A stretch of DNA of 64,000 nt from an uncultured Nitrososphaerota archaeon (GCA_963799845.1 CAWCYI010000004.1:2048001-2112000), one strand, 5' to 3'. Shown: positions 49,814 through 60,897, numbered from the stretch's first letter. The notes: generated by a model from the letters alone, not told the origin. Program-made: numbers and translations.

Positions 49814-49999
49814 TCAGCCGTGCTTTCGTCTCTTTTCTTTTCGTTTGATTTCTTGAATTAGAGCATTTTCAACAAAACTTGATAGCGTTAGATTTCTTTC
49901 CCACTCTGATTTCTGCTTGTTCTCTTTGTTGACTATTTGACGAATTCTATTACCTAATCTTTTTCGGATTGTAACAACCATCCATCCTTTTTGGGGCAT
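49814..49999 (-). CDS. Small RHH-like DNA-binding protein, paralog of 58603-58818
   Basis: 'MPQKGWMVVTIRK...LTLSSFVENALIQEI'. Confidence 0.65.
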   Translation of the reverse strand: MPQKGWMVVTIRKRLGNRIRQIVNKENKQKSEWERNLTLSSFVENALIQEIKRKEKRRKHG

Positions 50000-50045
50000 A
50001 ATCGTAATTGTCGTGGATGCCGATTTTTCATAAATGACGTGAGTG

Positions 50046-50400
50046 TCAACCCTTGCGAAGTTTGACGCCGAGATCTTTAGCTCTTTTGATAACGCTTGGA
50101 TCGGATAGAACGAAACCCACGTGGTCACAGTCTCCCGTTTGATCCAACATGCAGTATAGTTTCCCTTGCTTGATCAAGACCTCAGCATCTTTCAACTTGA
50201 AATAATCTCTCACGGTTACTTTGTTTTCTATTCGGTCCTTTATCTCGAAACGTCCCTCAAGAACATCCTGCTCGATTGCCCTCTCCAGGAGTTTTTGAGC
50301 GTAGGCTGTATAGCTCTTAATGTCCTCCATGATCAGGTCTCGTTTCTTTCTCTCGTAAGCATCCATCAGCTTAACGAAGAGCTTGGTCTTGAGAGTGAGT
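50046..50400 (-). pseudogene. 5'-truncated copy of the 58849-59244 gene
   Basis: Lacks the codons for MPTKGYQ; homology ends at 50400. Confidence 0.65.
50216..50400 (+). repeat. 185-bp perfect direct repeat, copy 1
   Basis: Identical to 59037-59221 by direct reading. Confidence 0.9.
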
Positions 50401-50500
50401 TACATGATAAGCATGCATTAATGCGCTATACCAACTGCTTCTTGCTTAAATTTTGAGGATCTTTGGAACTGCAGGAAAAAGTGGTTCTCTTGCTTCTGAA

Positions 50501-51169
50501 CTACGATTGGTTATTGCTCGAGACCCAAACTATCTGATTTGCCAACATTCCATTTGCCTCCGTATTGCTAATTGCTAGACATGAGAACCCTGCTGAGGGA
50601 TAAGCAGTTGCGTTCCCCACTGCTATTTCCATCACCTCTTGACATTGAATCATTCCTGGGAACGAGAACCCTTGGAGCTGGAGAAAGTAAATGCCGGGTT
50701 TGGTCGAATTAGTTGGAGATATTGAGTAAAGAACATAATTTCCAAGCGTAGTCACGATGCCAAAATCTGAAACTAGACCAAGCAGCGATGTGAAAGTTGA
50801 AACGCCAATCTCATCCGATGAGACTGAAAAATTAGAGCTTGCTTTGATAAGTCGACTTCCATTTGTTCCGGGAACATTGTAGTAAGTTAGAATAGTGAGA
50901 GCTCCCTTAGGGTCAAAAGTGGAAAATTTCGGATAACCGTAGTAAAAGAATCTGGCACATATGTTAAGCGAAGTCCCTTCGTAAATGTGTTCTGTTGGGA
51001 CAGCACTAAGAGAGTTTTGAGTATCGGGCGAACATTTCGAGGGAACGTAATTGGCTGAAACCACCATAATTGAAGCTCCCGATAAGACTAGGACTAAAGT
51101 GAGTACGGCAAGTCCTGACCGAGTTTGTATACGAGGCTTCAATTTGAATCGTTTGACCGTTTTTATCAC
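50501..51169 (-). CDS. Secreted or membrane-anchored protein, paralog of 27303-27956
   Basis: Full-length similarity. Confidence 0.8.
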   Translation of the reverse strand: MIKTVKRFKLKPRIQTRSGLAVLTLVLVLSGASIMVVSANYVPSKCSPDTQNSLSAVPTEHIYEGTSLNICARFFYYGYPKFSTFDPKGALTILTYYNVPGTNGSRLIKASSNFSVSSDEIGVSTFTSLLGLVSDFGIVTTLGNYVLYSISPTNSTKPGIYFLQLQGFSFPGMIQCQEVMEIAVGNATAYPSAGFSCLAISNTEANGMLANQIVWVSSNNQS

Positions 51170-51511
51170 AATCGTACTATCATTCAGTTATTTAAGCGAT
51201 GTATTCTGAAAGCGCTACAAACGATCCCAGCAGATTTCTGAGAAGGCAAAATAAAAATGGTATTGGGAATCACTAGTCAGTAGGATTCGTCATGCTCGAT
51301 ATGAACTTCGATGCAGCATCGTTAATTTCATCTGGTCAAACATACACTATAGCGGGTAACTGGTCGAGCGGATTCTCTCGGGCTCCTGGAGATAGCCTTA
51401 GGCGTGAAGCGCTCTCCTCAGAGAATGGGAGTCATGGATGAACTCGCCCTCGAACATCGAGTATCCAGCCTTGTCAAGAAGTAGACAACGATTAGTTTGG
51501 AAGGATGGTAG

Positions 51512-51739
51512 TTATTGGCTCTCTTCTTTGGATGCGTGAAAGACTTTGATAAGTTCCGACACAGTCTCGGAGAAGCTTACGTTCCGACGCCTTTCAGTTA
51601 TCAATAGTCCCTTTATTCCAATCAGTTCACGATATGCTTCCATTTCCAACCTTACAGGGATCACATAGTTCGTTCCTGAATTTTCGGTGGCATCTTTTGT
51701 TGATCGTGCCTGGGCAGGCGCATTTGTCTTTTTTGGCAT
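51512..51739 (-). CDS. RHH/antitoxin-like small DNA-binding protein
   Basis: 'IPVRLEMEAYREL...NVSFSETVSELI'. Confidence 0.6.
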   Translation of the reverse strand: MPKKTNAPAQARSTKDATENSGTNYVIPVRLEMEAYRELIGIKGLLITERRRNVSFSETVSELIKVFHASKEESQ

Positions 51740-52486
51740 TAAAGTAACTTACATGCGCCCTTGAAGCAAACGCTCATTTAATAATTATTAGATATGTTAG
51801 GAAAATGATATGCAAAAGTTGCGAATTTTGCCAAATTAGGGCAAAATTATCGCTAATGCCTTTTCAAAAATCACTTTTTCAACTCATTGTTCGCTGGCTG
51901 GGTTGATACTTGTGTAAGAGTCGTAGACGTGGTCAGCACTTGAGTTACAGTTTTTGAAGCGGAGTGTTCGTAACCTGTGGAAATTCCGAGAGCCAGCCCG
52001 ATAATTGCGATTGCAGCGATGAATGCAATAACCTGTCTTGTCTGAACCAAGAACTATCATCCAGAATGCAAGAGGATCTCATCAAGTTGTATTTGTTCCA
52101 TTCGGGACGAAGCAGCAAGCGTATCCTAATCACGACTGGGACCGAATTCGACCACGCGCTTGGATATTTTCTAAAGGGCGATTATCAGGAGAAAAAGGGC
52201 ATAGACTGCCTCTGCCACGACGGCGACGCTGATGATCTTCCCGTTCTTCCCAGTGGTTTGCTCATGCGAATTTTCTTAAGCCAGATATAAAGTCAGAGTT
52301 TTTCGCCAAAAAGTAAGTCTAATGATTAATGCTATCGCTTGGCTTTGCAGTACCAGCCTTTGTCGATAATGAGGGTTAGGTATATGAAGAAAAATCAGCT
52401 CCCAATGGACTGCGCAATGAATACAATCACGATTACTGCGGCAGCTAGGATGGATACGAAAACAATGTCCCGCAATATCGTTTTCC

Positions 52487-52705
52487 TCATTTCTCTAATT
52501 CCCTGTTCCACTCACGGAACATTTCGATGGGGACGCTCCTCGACATTTCCAGAATCACTTCATCGCTGAGTTTGCCCACGAGCCTGCCGCAATATACGCA
52601 GCGGTTCTTGTTTTCTCCGATCTCCTCTGTGGTGAGAGGGGTTCTGCAGTAAGGGCAGTGGAGAGCGCCATGAATCAGCACGGGACTTTCTTGCTCTGTT
52701 GTCAC
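52487..52705 (-). CDS. Small zinc-ribbon protein
   Basis: 'CPYC' and 'CVYC'; coupled to the upstream gene. Confidence 0.6.
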   Translation of the reverse strand: MTTEQESPVLIHGALHCPYCRTPLTTEEIGENKNRCVYCGRLVGKLSDEVILEMSRSVPIEMFREWNRELEK

Positions 52706-53444
52706 ACTGCATCGCCGTCGTCAGTTTTACTTGCCGCCCGTAAAGCCTGCTCTTTGTAAGAGTCCAACAATGCTGTGAGATTGAGTTCTTTCGCTCGCTG
52801 CTGCAAATACGGCCAGTCGAGAGAAGAGTAATTGTGGAACATCACCATGAACATATCTTGATAGTCCAGAGAGTCTCGTCTCGCCGTGAGTTTCATCAGG
52901 ATGAAATCTTCGGGGGAAACGATTGAAGTCATAGTGTGATAGGTGTCGCCCAAATCCATCTTCTTTGCTCTCGTAAAAGCGCTCCTTTGCAACCCATAGA
53001 CCTGATTTTCGCTCACGAGCAATATGTCAACTGTGACCCCCGTTTCTCTATCCTTCAACTTGACGAGATTGATCTTATCAAGATCCGACGGCGATTCGAG
53101 TAATGGGTCGCCTTTGTCCACCTGCCGATCTGGATAGGTTATGGAATACCGGGGGTCTTTGATGATTGAATATAGGGCATCTTTGCTTTTCTCGCCTGTC
53201 AGTGCAACGGCAAAGTCCACGTCATTTGAATATCCCCCCTGCCAAAGAATGCGTTGGCGACCGCACCAACTACCATGAAGTCGATCTTTTCGGGTAAAAC
53301 GCGATGGACGAGCTCGTTCTGAAAATGACGCAATGAGGTCTTTACAGGTTCAGAAATAATATCCGAGTTTCTCGATGGCGAGGGCGAATCGGAACTCGAA
53401 AAGCTGTGACCCTCATTCTCTCGACCTGACTCCATTTCTCTCAA
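52702..53444 (-). CDS. Nucleotidyltransferase (pol-beta superfamily, DUF6036-like), frameshifted near 53235
   Basis: 'MVVGAVANAFFG', 'DVDFAV', 'VDIL', 'SPEDFILMKLTARR...DYQD'. Confidence 0.7.
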
Positions 53445-53692
53445 CCCTTCGCTATATTCTCTGTCGGCTGCTTTTCTGTCGATGATGTTGGTTTCATTCG
53501 CAGTGAAATCAGAGCTATGGCAGCACCAACTATGAGCAAGAAGATTCCCAAGTATAACTTTTCATAAATTGCGGTGTAAGAGCAACCGTTGATAAGACTG
53601 CCAGGGCATATTGGGCTATACAATGCATCCAATACCAAAATTACTCCGACAACGGTAGGAGCAGTGCCTGCCAATGCTAAATTCCTTCGCAA
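53441..53692 (-). CDS. Small 2-TM protein with Cys loop
   Basis: TM-CxxxxxxxC-TM layout. Confidence 0.6.
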   Translation of the reverse strand: MRRNLALAGTAPTVVGVILVLDALYSPICPGSLINGCSYTAIYEKLYLGIFLLIVGAAIALISLRMKPTSSTEKQPTENIAKG

Positions 53693-54093
53693 AAGACGTC
53701 TCCCCTTTTATCTCTCCTTACTGCTACTGCCCATACACGATCATTTGTACCATGATTTCTTTTCTTCTTCGTAGGATTTCATTAGAACTTTCTGAGCGAC
53801 ATATTTAGGATGCTCATAAACAAACACTCGTGGCGCCACATGGTTGTTCTCTCTTTCGGCGATGAACTCTAAGTAACCCAACGCATCGCCACCGAGCCCA
53901 GAACCGATTCTGAAATCTCTGACGTTACCGAGATTCGCCTCAACGATCGGTCGAATCTCGATCTCGAAAATCTTGAGGATCTCAGAATCAGAAAGATGAA
54001 GGAAGGCGAATAATGAAATAACTAACAAAAAGAATCTGAGTATCTTAACAAAAGACAAAGAATATATCATGGCTTGAGTACCACCCCCGCGCT

Positions 54094-55481
54094 ATGAAAT
54101 CCAGAATAAACTCGATGATTATACTCACTTTGTTGGTTTTCAGCTCGCTCGTAGTCGTTGTAGTTCCATTCAACATTGCTCAGATTTCAGCCGAGGGCAA
54201 CATTTCCAACCAACTACCGGGCGCTCCTATCATCTCTGATGCCACCAACTATCAGAATGCAGCCCATCCTGCTACTGATGTCGAGTTTTACATCAACGGT
54301 TTACCAAACGTTGGAACCGTGCAAGTCAGCCTTCCGCCAGGCGAGCATTCATACTTTGAAGTCACTGCTGTATTGTTAACGTCCGTAGAGATGTCAACGC
54401 AGATAAATGTCTCATTTTCATTTTTCCCGTTTCCTCTTTCCGCTTCACTACCCAATTGGCTTGTGCTTCCTTCAACTTTGCCATCAATTTATCTCAGTGC
54501 CTCCTCAAATGCTAATTCTAGTGCGAAGATTCCTATTGAAGTTTCGAACTCGACAACTAATGGTGAAAGTACTCTGCTTGCTCTAGATTCTACGTACCTA
54601 GATCCATCGACTCAACGCTCAATAACTGATGTGTCAATTTTGCAGATTGTTGCCAACTCATCCTCATCTAGTGTTCCACAATTCTCAGGAACTGACCTTA
54701 GCAGCCCTTTGACTGCACCTCCCCCTTCTAGTTCGTGGGCACTAGGAACCGGATTATGTGACATGACACTTCAAAGACGAGTCCTTGTAGCGGTTATGGG
54801 ATTTCGTGGAGCAGTGTAACTGCTATCAAAACTTCATTCACTTTGCCGACCATTAGGACCTCCGCTGACACCTATATCGACCTCACTGGTTTCATAGGTA
54901 GCGGTTATACTCTTCAGCTTGTTTATCATGAATACAACCTCAATATCCTGTGGTATCTGGAACTGTGGGTGCTAACACCTACTGGAGGAAGCTGTCATTA
55001 TAGCCCCTATAGTCTAAGAGGGGGTTCGCCTGATACATTGGAGATTTTTTACAATGCTGTTCAGAAGGTTTGGTACGCTTACGATGGCGACACAGGTAGA
55101 AACTACGCCTATAGTAGTTATTGTAGCAGTGTCCCCACTTCATCAGGTTTTACGAGCGAGAATCAGGAGCCCTTTGCGTTTGAATCGTACGATTCAACTG
55201 CCTCAGATTTCAGCAGCGTTTACATGAATGTGAATCCTGCTTGGTCTTACGCTACTACTGGCTCATTTCAGACGCCTGCACATGATTGGGCAATAAACTC
55301 AGCGTCCGCAGGTAGTTGGGGCTACTTTGTCGGTGGTGGGGGCGCTGTACCCAGTGGTTTTGTAATAGCAGGGAATGCGATTTGCTCCTCACTAAGCGTC
55401 GGCCAGATATATATCGGATCGAATACTCAAGGAATATTGAAGAGCTGTGGTACGCAAACGTATGATGTAAAACTATGGTGA
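54094..55481 (+). CDS. Secreted protein split by a frameshift near 54780-54840
   Basis: Signal peptide in 54094-54819; aromatic beta-rich domain in 54843-55481. Confidence 0.6.
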
Positions 55482-55564
55482 GAATTCAGAAAACAATCGA
55501 ATTTCCCTCGGGATCGAATTCATAAAGTAAATAACTTCGGCTATGCTAACTGTACCGATTCAAA

Positions 55565-55948
55565 ATGACTGTTGCACCTATATACTTGGTTACAACCAGC
55601 TGTGCTTTGGTTGCAGTTGTGGTGATAGCCATTTTCTTTACTAATCCTTACCTACTTGGTCTGAGCTCAAACACTCAGACCGTTGAATCTTTTCAAGTCA
55701 TTGCGACGAACGTTGATCTTTACGGGCACACGGCGTCCATTCCATCATGCGCCATGCGAGTTCCTTGTGTAACATACACGAATATTCCAACCGTTGCCGA
55801 ATTGTTGAGATATAACGGTACTTACTATTACGAGTCGAAGTATAACCTATCTACACAGGGTTCAACCGCAACTTACACAATTTGGTATAACAACTCAACT
55901 TATTTTTGCATAAGCCCAAAGGTTTCTTGGGCAATGACTTGCCCCTAG
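55565..55948 (+). CDS. Membrane-anchored Cys-containing protein
   Basis: N-terminal TM helix. Confidence 0.65.
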   Translation: MTVAPIYLVTTSCALVAVVVIAIFFTNPYLLGLSSNTQTVESFQVIATNVDLYGHTASIPSCAMRVPCVTYTNIPTVAELLRYNGTYYYESKYNLSTQGSTATYTIWYNNSTYFCISPKVSWAMTCP

Positions 55949-56028
55949 TTTGAACTGGGGCAACTTCTAATTTTCTCAAGTGGAAACGGCCTTATTTTCT
56001 GCTTTAACATTTCACCCCCTACCCAATA

Positions 56029-56421
56029 ATGCGTGCCGTGCTCCTTCCACCAGCTCTCGGCTTCTTCGGCAGAGTGGCACCGTCGGATGTGCATGGTCTC
56101 CTTCGTCGCTGCGTCTACCAGGAACATCTTTTGGTTTTGCAGGAGTCCCTCACCTCCGAAGAAAAGACGAAACTGGCAGCTGAGGGCTACTACAAAGACG
56201 TAAGCGAACAGCCTAGTATTATTTCAATGACAACAATGACGGCCAGTATGGCAGTGAACAAACTTCTGAACCTCTTGGGCGTATTCGGCCCTGATTACGC
56301 CTCAAGGACTCAGATCGAGCTCAAAGATGGCTTTATGATTGAAGACAATCAGCAACTTAGAGCTGATTGCGTGTGCCTAAAACGCCGAGGTATTGCGGGG
56401 CAAAGGAAAATCTATAATTGA
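56029..56421 (+). pseudogene. C-terminal fragment resembling a ThiF/E1-family protein
   Basis: 'EGYY...PSIISMTTMTASMAV...LL...DCVC' resembles the ThiF tail; no nucleotide-binding N-terminus. Confidence 0.45.
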
Positions 56422-56562
56422 TTTGGGCGGTACCGTCCTCTAGTTTTTTGTCGTAGTTTTTGTACAGGTTACACGATTTAGTGCCTGATCACGAAGCGAT
56501 CGCTGATGACTCCGATGGAAGGCAGGAAGCTTAACAAGTCTGCATGGAGTTTTTGATTCAAA

Positions 56563-56844
56563 ATGAGACGTGGTATTCTTCTTTCTGGATTGCTCATCGT
56601 GGCTGGGTTTGTAATTATCATCGCTTCCGCCTACAATTCGTGTCCAACAACTTCCCCGCAATGTAGCGGTCCAGTCCCGAGCAATCCATTCTTTAATTCG
56701 GCTTGCGCTGGCTGTCTCTCATTCTACGAACCATATTTTCTAATTGCGATTTTGATTGTCATTTTTGGAATAATCATAGGCATTATCGGACTTTGGAAAA
56801 GAAACGACGATTCCACAATCATTGCAAAAAAAGGGAAGCTTTAG
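56563..56844 (+). CDS. Small 2-TM protein with Cys loop
   Basis: TM-Cys-rich loop-TM layout. Confidence 0.65.
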   Translation: MRRGILLSGLLIVAGFVIIIASAYNSCPTTSPQCSGPVPSNPFFNSACAGCLSFYEPYFLIAILIVIFGIIIGIIGLWKRNDDSTIIAKKGKL

Positions 56845-57426
56845 TCACGCGTTTGAATGCACTGACATTCCTCCTCATCTTGAGGCCGATTAACTTCAGC
56901 TTTTCAACCAAAAACAACAGAGGGGCAAATGTTTGTTGTAGCCGAAGTTTGCGTGTTTGTTCAAACTTGTAATTACAGGTGACCCATTTGGAGTGGCCGT
57001 GACTCTTGTAACTGGTTTGTCGGACAAATTCAAATGTTGTCACAGCGATGATAAAATCCTATGTGAGTTTCGGTCCCCCTAATAGTTAATCCCGTTCAAT
57101 AAGTGCAGTTCGCCTTCACATAAATTGTGTACTTAGTAATCACATCAGACATAATGATCTGGCTGAATATCTGAACAGGCTCATTATCTCTCGAAATATG
57201 AATATATGCAGTAGTTGTGGTCGAAACTGAGAGCCGCGATAAGGCGTCGCCGTCGATAACGAAAGCCCCCCGATCTAAAAACTCACCACACTAACTGCGA
57301 ATAACAGCGGTACAATTGAAATAACCACAAACGTTCTTGCCATGTTTTATCACTTTAATTTGCCAAGTCAAACGGGCTATGGAATACAGACTAGGTTGAG
57401 CCTGTCCTTTCGGACAGTTTAGGGTC

Positions 57427-58080
57427 TCAAGGTTGCTCTGTATTCATGACGAATTCTCCCTGAATACCGGTAACACTGTAACTTGCACTTGCAGAGAAGT
57501 CATTTATACTGAACCCATTCGACGCAACAAAATTATTATTGCTTGAAATTAGAGCAGAGAAAGTTTGACCTGGTTTCATAACGAAAGATTGCGTCGAAGC
57601 TAAATTCCCACAATCGATCGTCGCTGTCGTTGAAATGAAAGTTGTTACTCCATTTGACACTTGGGTAATAGTATCTGGTTGAGTGGTATTCGTTGTGCAA
57701 CCTACGACGTACGAAGCAAATACTGTGTTAGGATTAGTATCGTTCTGCCCCCAGATATTCAGCTGGGAGAGTGCCACTTCTTGACTTCCTATGTTAGTGA
57801 CTTTTACCAATATCACCAAAGTCCCATTCGGAAACGCGTCCCGATACAAGGCCAAAGAGAAATGGTTCGAGTCATAAACCGAAGCCGCGTTACTAGATGA
57901 ACTAGGAGGCGTTGGACTCAAACCTATTCCCTTCGTGACACTGGCGATCAGTTTCAGAGACGTATTCACTGCGATAGGAAAGCTTTGCGACTCGAGCACG
58001 GATGCCATCGGATTTAGAGAGCCCTGAGGACCCCCTGTAAAAAAATCTCGTGTCCCTATCGGTGTGGTCGGATGGTACAT
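57427..58080 (-). CDS. Ser/Thr-rich surface-protein domain (start uncertain)
   Basis: Composition similar to the island proteins. Confidence 0.5.
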   Translation of the reverse strand: MYHPTTPIGTRDFFTGGPQGSLNPMASVLESQSFPIAVNTSLKLIASVTKGIGLSPTPPSSSSNAASVYDSNHFSLALYRDAFPNGTLVILVKVTNIGSQEVALSQLNIWGQNDTNPNTVFASYVVGCTTNTTQPDTITQVSNGVTTFISTTATIDCGNLASTQSFVMKPGQTFSALISSNNNFVASNGFSINDFSASASYSVTGIQGEFVMNTEQP

Positions 58081-58414
58081 TCCGACCGATGCACTAGCAC
58101 GAGCAAGTCACGTTCCAACAGAAGCGCTTGAGAAAGCTGGTTCGAGGGACGGTTATCATGTGTTGGGAGATTATGTATTCGACGATAACACTCTAATCTG
58201 GATAAAGAATCGCATCAATCACATGCATCCGAAGCCACTGAAACTCTACGACATCGCAGAAAATATTTGTTATGATCCCCGAACAACTTTTGAGATTTTG
58301 GAACAACTGGATGGGATTATGATTGGAGAGTTTCCGAATGCGTCTCTAGTTCGTTTCTTGACTCTCGCCGAGAGAAAAAAAGGAAAAACTAGAGCTCGAA
58401 AGAAAAGCCCCTAG
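58064..58414 (+). CDS. Hypothetical protein
   Basis: 116-aa ORF with a basic tail. Confidence 0.45.
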   Translation: MVGWYIPTDALARASHVPTEALEKAGSRDGYHVLGDYVFDDNTLIWIKNRINHMHPKPLKLYDIAENICYDPRTTFEILEQLDGIMIGEFPNASLVRFLTLAERKKGKTRARKKSP

Positions 58415-58602
58415 CCTAGACAATGGAAATAGTTGAAAGTACAAAATATTTTATGAACTGAACCAGATACAGGTCTCTCAACACCTGGCATAGGCGTTGA
58501 GAATAGACAAATTTGCACCAATTCAGCCTCTTTCACAAATTTGAAACATTAAGGGTTATTTTCAGATTACCGGGATTTCCGAGAAACTTTTAGGATCCCT
58601 GT

Positions 58603-58818
58603 CTACTTAATGCGAGAATCCCTGCGATAATTCCTTCGACGTTTTCCGCTTTTCTCTTTTCGCTCGATTTCTTGAATCAAAGCACTTTCAACAAAGCGTG
58701 ATAGCGTGAGATTTCTTTCCCACTCTGTTTTATGTTTGTTCGTCTTATTGACGATTCGACGAATTCTTTTTCCGATTCTCTTTCGGATTGTGACGACCAT
58801 CCATCCTTCTCGTGGCAT
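58603..58818 (-). CDS. Small RHH-like DNA-binding protein
   Basis: Paralog of 49814-49999. Confidence 0.65.
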   Translation of the reverse strand: MPREGWMVVTIRKRIGKRIRRIVNKTNKHKTEWERNLTLSRFVESALIQEIERKEKSGKRRRNYRRDSRIK

Positions 58819-58848
58819 GATCAGAATCTTCGTAGCACTTGTCTTCCG

Positions 58849-59244
58849 TTAAACTATGGAGAAATTTAGCCCCTGCGAAGTTTCACGCCGAGCTCTTTCA
58901 GCTCTCTTCACAACACTCGGATCGGACAAGACAAAGCCGATGTGATCACAATCTCCGGCTTGGTCTAGCATGCAGAAGAGCTTCCCATGCTTGATCAACA
59001 CCTCGGCATCTTTGAGTTTGTAATAGTCTTTCACTATTACTTTGTTTTCTATTCGGTCCTTTATCTCGAAACGTCCCTCAAGAACATCCTGCTCGATTGC
59101 CCTCTCCAGGAGTTTTTGAGCGTAGGCTGTATAGCTCTTAATGTCCTCCATGATCAGGTCTCGTTTCTTTCTCTCGTAAGCATCCATCAGCTTAACGAAG
59201 AGCTTGGTCTTGAGAGTGAGTGTCTGGTATCCTTTGGTTGGCAA
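58849..59244 (-). CDS. RHH-like protein with C-terminal Cys/His cluster (family recalled from Thaumarchaeota)
   Basis: 'MPTKGYQTLTL...SYTAYAQKLLE...LFCMLDQAGDCDHIGF'. Confidence 0.7.
   Translation of the reverse strand: MPTKGYQTLTLKTKLFVKLMDAYERKKRDLIMEDIKSYTAYAQKLLERAIEQDVLEGRFEIKDRIENKVIVKDYYKLKDAEVLIKHGKLFCMLDQAGDCDHIGFVLSDPSVVKRAERARRETSQGLNFSIV
59037..59221 (+). repeat. 185-bp perfect direct repeat, copy 2
   Basis: Identical to 50216-50400. Confidence 0.9.
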
Positions 59245-59308
59245 CTCTTTTGTTCTCCTTTTATCCGTGAATGGTTCTTAATGAAATTCCAAAGCTATAT
59301 ATCTGATT

Positions 59309-59327
59309 TACGGTATAATTTACCGTA
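59309..59327. promoter_or_regulatory. Inverted repeat TACGGTA-TAATT-TACCGTA, putative operator
   Basis: Between divergent RHH-like and AbrB-like genes, next to a TATATA box near 59296. Confidence 0.5.
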
Positions 59328-59345
59328 GATACGAGAGACTGACCG

Positions 59346-59588
59346 TTGGCAGAGGGACAAAAGGAGCTCAAGCTCAAGATACATCGTGTCTTGGGCGCTG
59401 CGTCGGTTTTCAGACAGGGAGGCTCGCTTCGATTGATTTTGCCGAAGAAGGCTTTTGGATTTTTGAACATGCCGCGAGATCCAGAAGACTCTGAATTTTC
59501 TACCGTTATTCTCATAGCCACAAATAGAGGGATTCTCATTCGGCCACTCTCTGATTTTTTGCAAGATGACGAAATGAAGAGTCTCTGA
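59346..59588 (+). CDS. AbrB/SpoVT-like DNA-binding protein
   Basis: 'SVFRQGGSLRLILPKK...GILIRPL'. Confidence 0.7.
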   Translation: MAEGQKELKLKIHRVLGAASVFRQGGSLRLILPKKAFGFLNMPRDPEDSEFSTVILIATNRGILIRPLSDFLQDDEMKSL

Positions 59589-59842
59589 AACAGACCACTG
59601 CTAAACTGCTCATCGCAAAGAGGTATAGATTTCCCGAATATTTTTGTCATATTCTCTGCAAGATATTCTACCTTCCGAAAATTCTTGCGCAATTAACTTT
59701 GCGACTCTTCTCTTGTCAGAATTCCAAGCCAGAGCTGGTCCAACCATTCTTGAATTTTCGTTTGTACCGATAGTCCAATTTTCAATCTTCCCTTCGTTGA
59801 ATCTGACCTGCAAATGAACGAGAAGAGGAGAGTGATTTCAGC

Positions 59843-59922
59843 CTAATCTAACTTGGATTCTAAGTATCTGAGGAACTAAGGAACCTTGGAAACCAAGTAT
59901 CCAAGTACACTGGTTAGATTAG
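59843..59922. repeat. Array of 8-9-bp degenerate units inside a 10-bp inverted repeat
   Basis: CTAATCTAAC ... GTTAGATTAG enclose TAAGTATC, TGAGGAAC, TAAGGAAC, CAAGTATC and CAAGTAC. Confidence 0.55.
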
Positions 59923-60228
59923 CCCCAAATAGTAACTAAATGTCCTCACACAGTTAAGGTAAATGAAAATCGAAGAAAAAGTTCAATCTTCAAAAAATAG
60001 GAAGAAGGAAACGAAATCGTCAGTCGAAAATCGAATCGATGGTAGCGAAGGGCAAACCGCCTTCTCAGCTGGATTCAACTTAATCGTTCAAGGGTGAATT
60101 TTCAGATGAAAATCAAAATCATCTGTGCGGCAGTGTCGGTGCTCTTTTGTGTTGCGGTGTGTTCGATTAGAGAAAAAAGGAATTACGTGTAGACGTAAGG
60201 ACAATAAAAGCGAGCGCGCTAACGGCTG

Positions 60229-60897
60229 ATGAAACTGTCCGAGGCCCTCGTGTTGGCAAATGAAGTGAAAGCCATGCTGGGGCCTCACACTGCTCGGCTC
60301 GAAATTGGCGGCGGAATTCGACGGCAGAAGGCCGAACCACACGACATTGAGATAATCTGTATTCCGAAGTTCGGCAAATTTGAGAAGGAAACGTTGATGG
60401 GAACGGAGTACGAGGACTACAACGAGCTGGACGAATTTATTAGGGCAAAAATGCTGGACAACACTTTCGAGAAAGGCGATCCTGATTCCGTTGGCAGACG
60501 AGCACCTTTCAGCGTAAGATACTATCGCATCAAATACAAAAGAGAGCAGCTCGACATTTTCGGCGTTCTCCCGCCCGCGCAGTGGGGCGTGGAATTTATC
60601 CTTAGAACTGGTTCTGCCGATTTCAACAAGTGGCTTGTAGTCTATGGAAATCCTGACGGGATCTATTTCCGAGACGGGCATCTTGAGAGGATCACTTTCA
60701 AAAGCGACAACGGCATCAAAGTGATCGATACTCGGCTCACGGTCAGGACCGATGAGGAAGCCGATGTTTTTCGTGTAATGGGATTGGATTGGATTGAACC
60801 GAAAAACCGCAACGAAGCCTATCTCAAAAAATTATTCGCGTCGAATCCAAAGATCAAAGACCAGACTGATAGCGGGTTCAGGAATCTTGGAACGTGA
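60229..60897 (+). CDS. polX: Minimal family X (pol-beta-like) DNA polymerase
   Basis: 'IGGGIRRQKAEPHDIEI', 'QLDIF', 'LRTGSADFN', 'EEADVFRVMGLDWIEPKNR'. Confidence 0.85.
   Translation: MKLSEALVLANEVKAMLGPHTARLEIGGGIRRQKAEPHDIEIICIPKFGKFEKETLMGTEYEDYNELDEFIRAKMLDNTFEKGDPDSVGRRAPFSVRYYRIKYKREQLDIFGVLPPAQWGVEFILRTGSADFNKWLVVYGNPDGIYFRDGHLERITFKSDNGIKVIDTRLTVRTDEEADVFRVMGLDWIEPKNRNEAYLKKLFASNPKIKDQTDSGFRNLGT

Noticed and set aside
10831-54843. Many split genes (near 11.0-11.3, 13.35, 13.57, 15.14, 18.45, 29.3, 30.93, 32.52, 33.17, 42.0, 53.23 and 54.8 kb) as programmed frameshifting or mass pseudogenisation
   Set aside because: Where traced (13350, 13575, 15140), one missing base in a C/G homopolymer restores the frame, which is typical of long-read indel errors. 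Read polishing is needed before any biological claim.
49814-59244. Duplicated segment as a diversity-generating retroelement TR/VR pair
   Set aside because: No reverse transcriptase is in the window, and the differences are mainly synonymous rather than adenine-specific.
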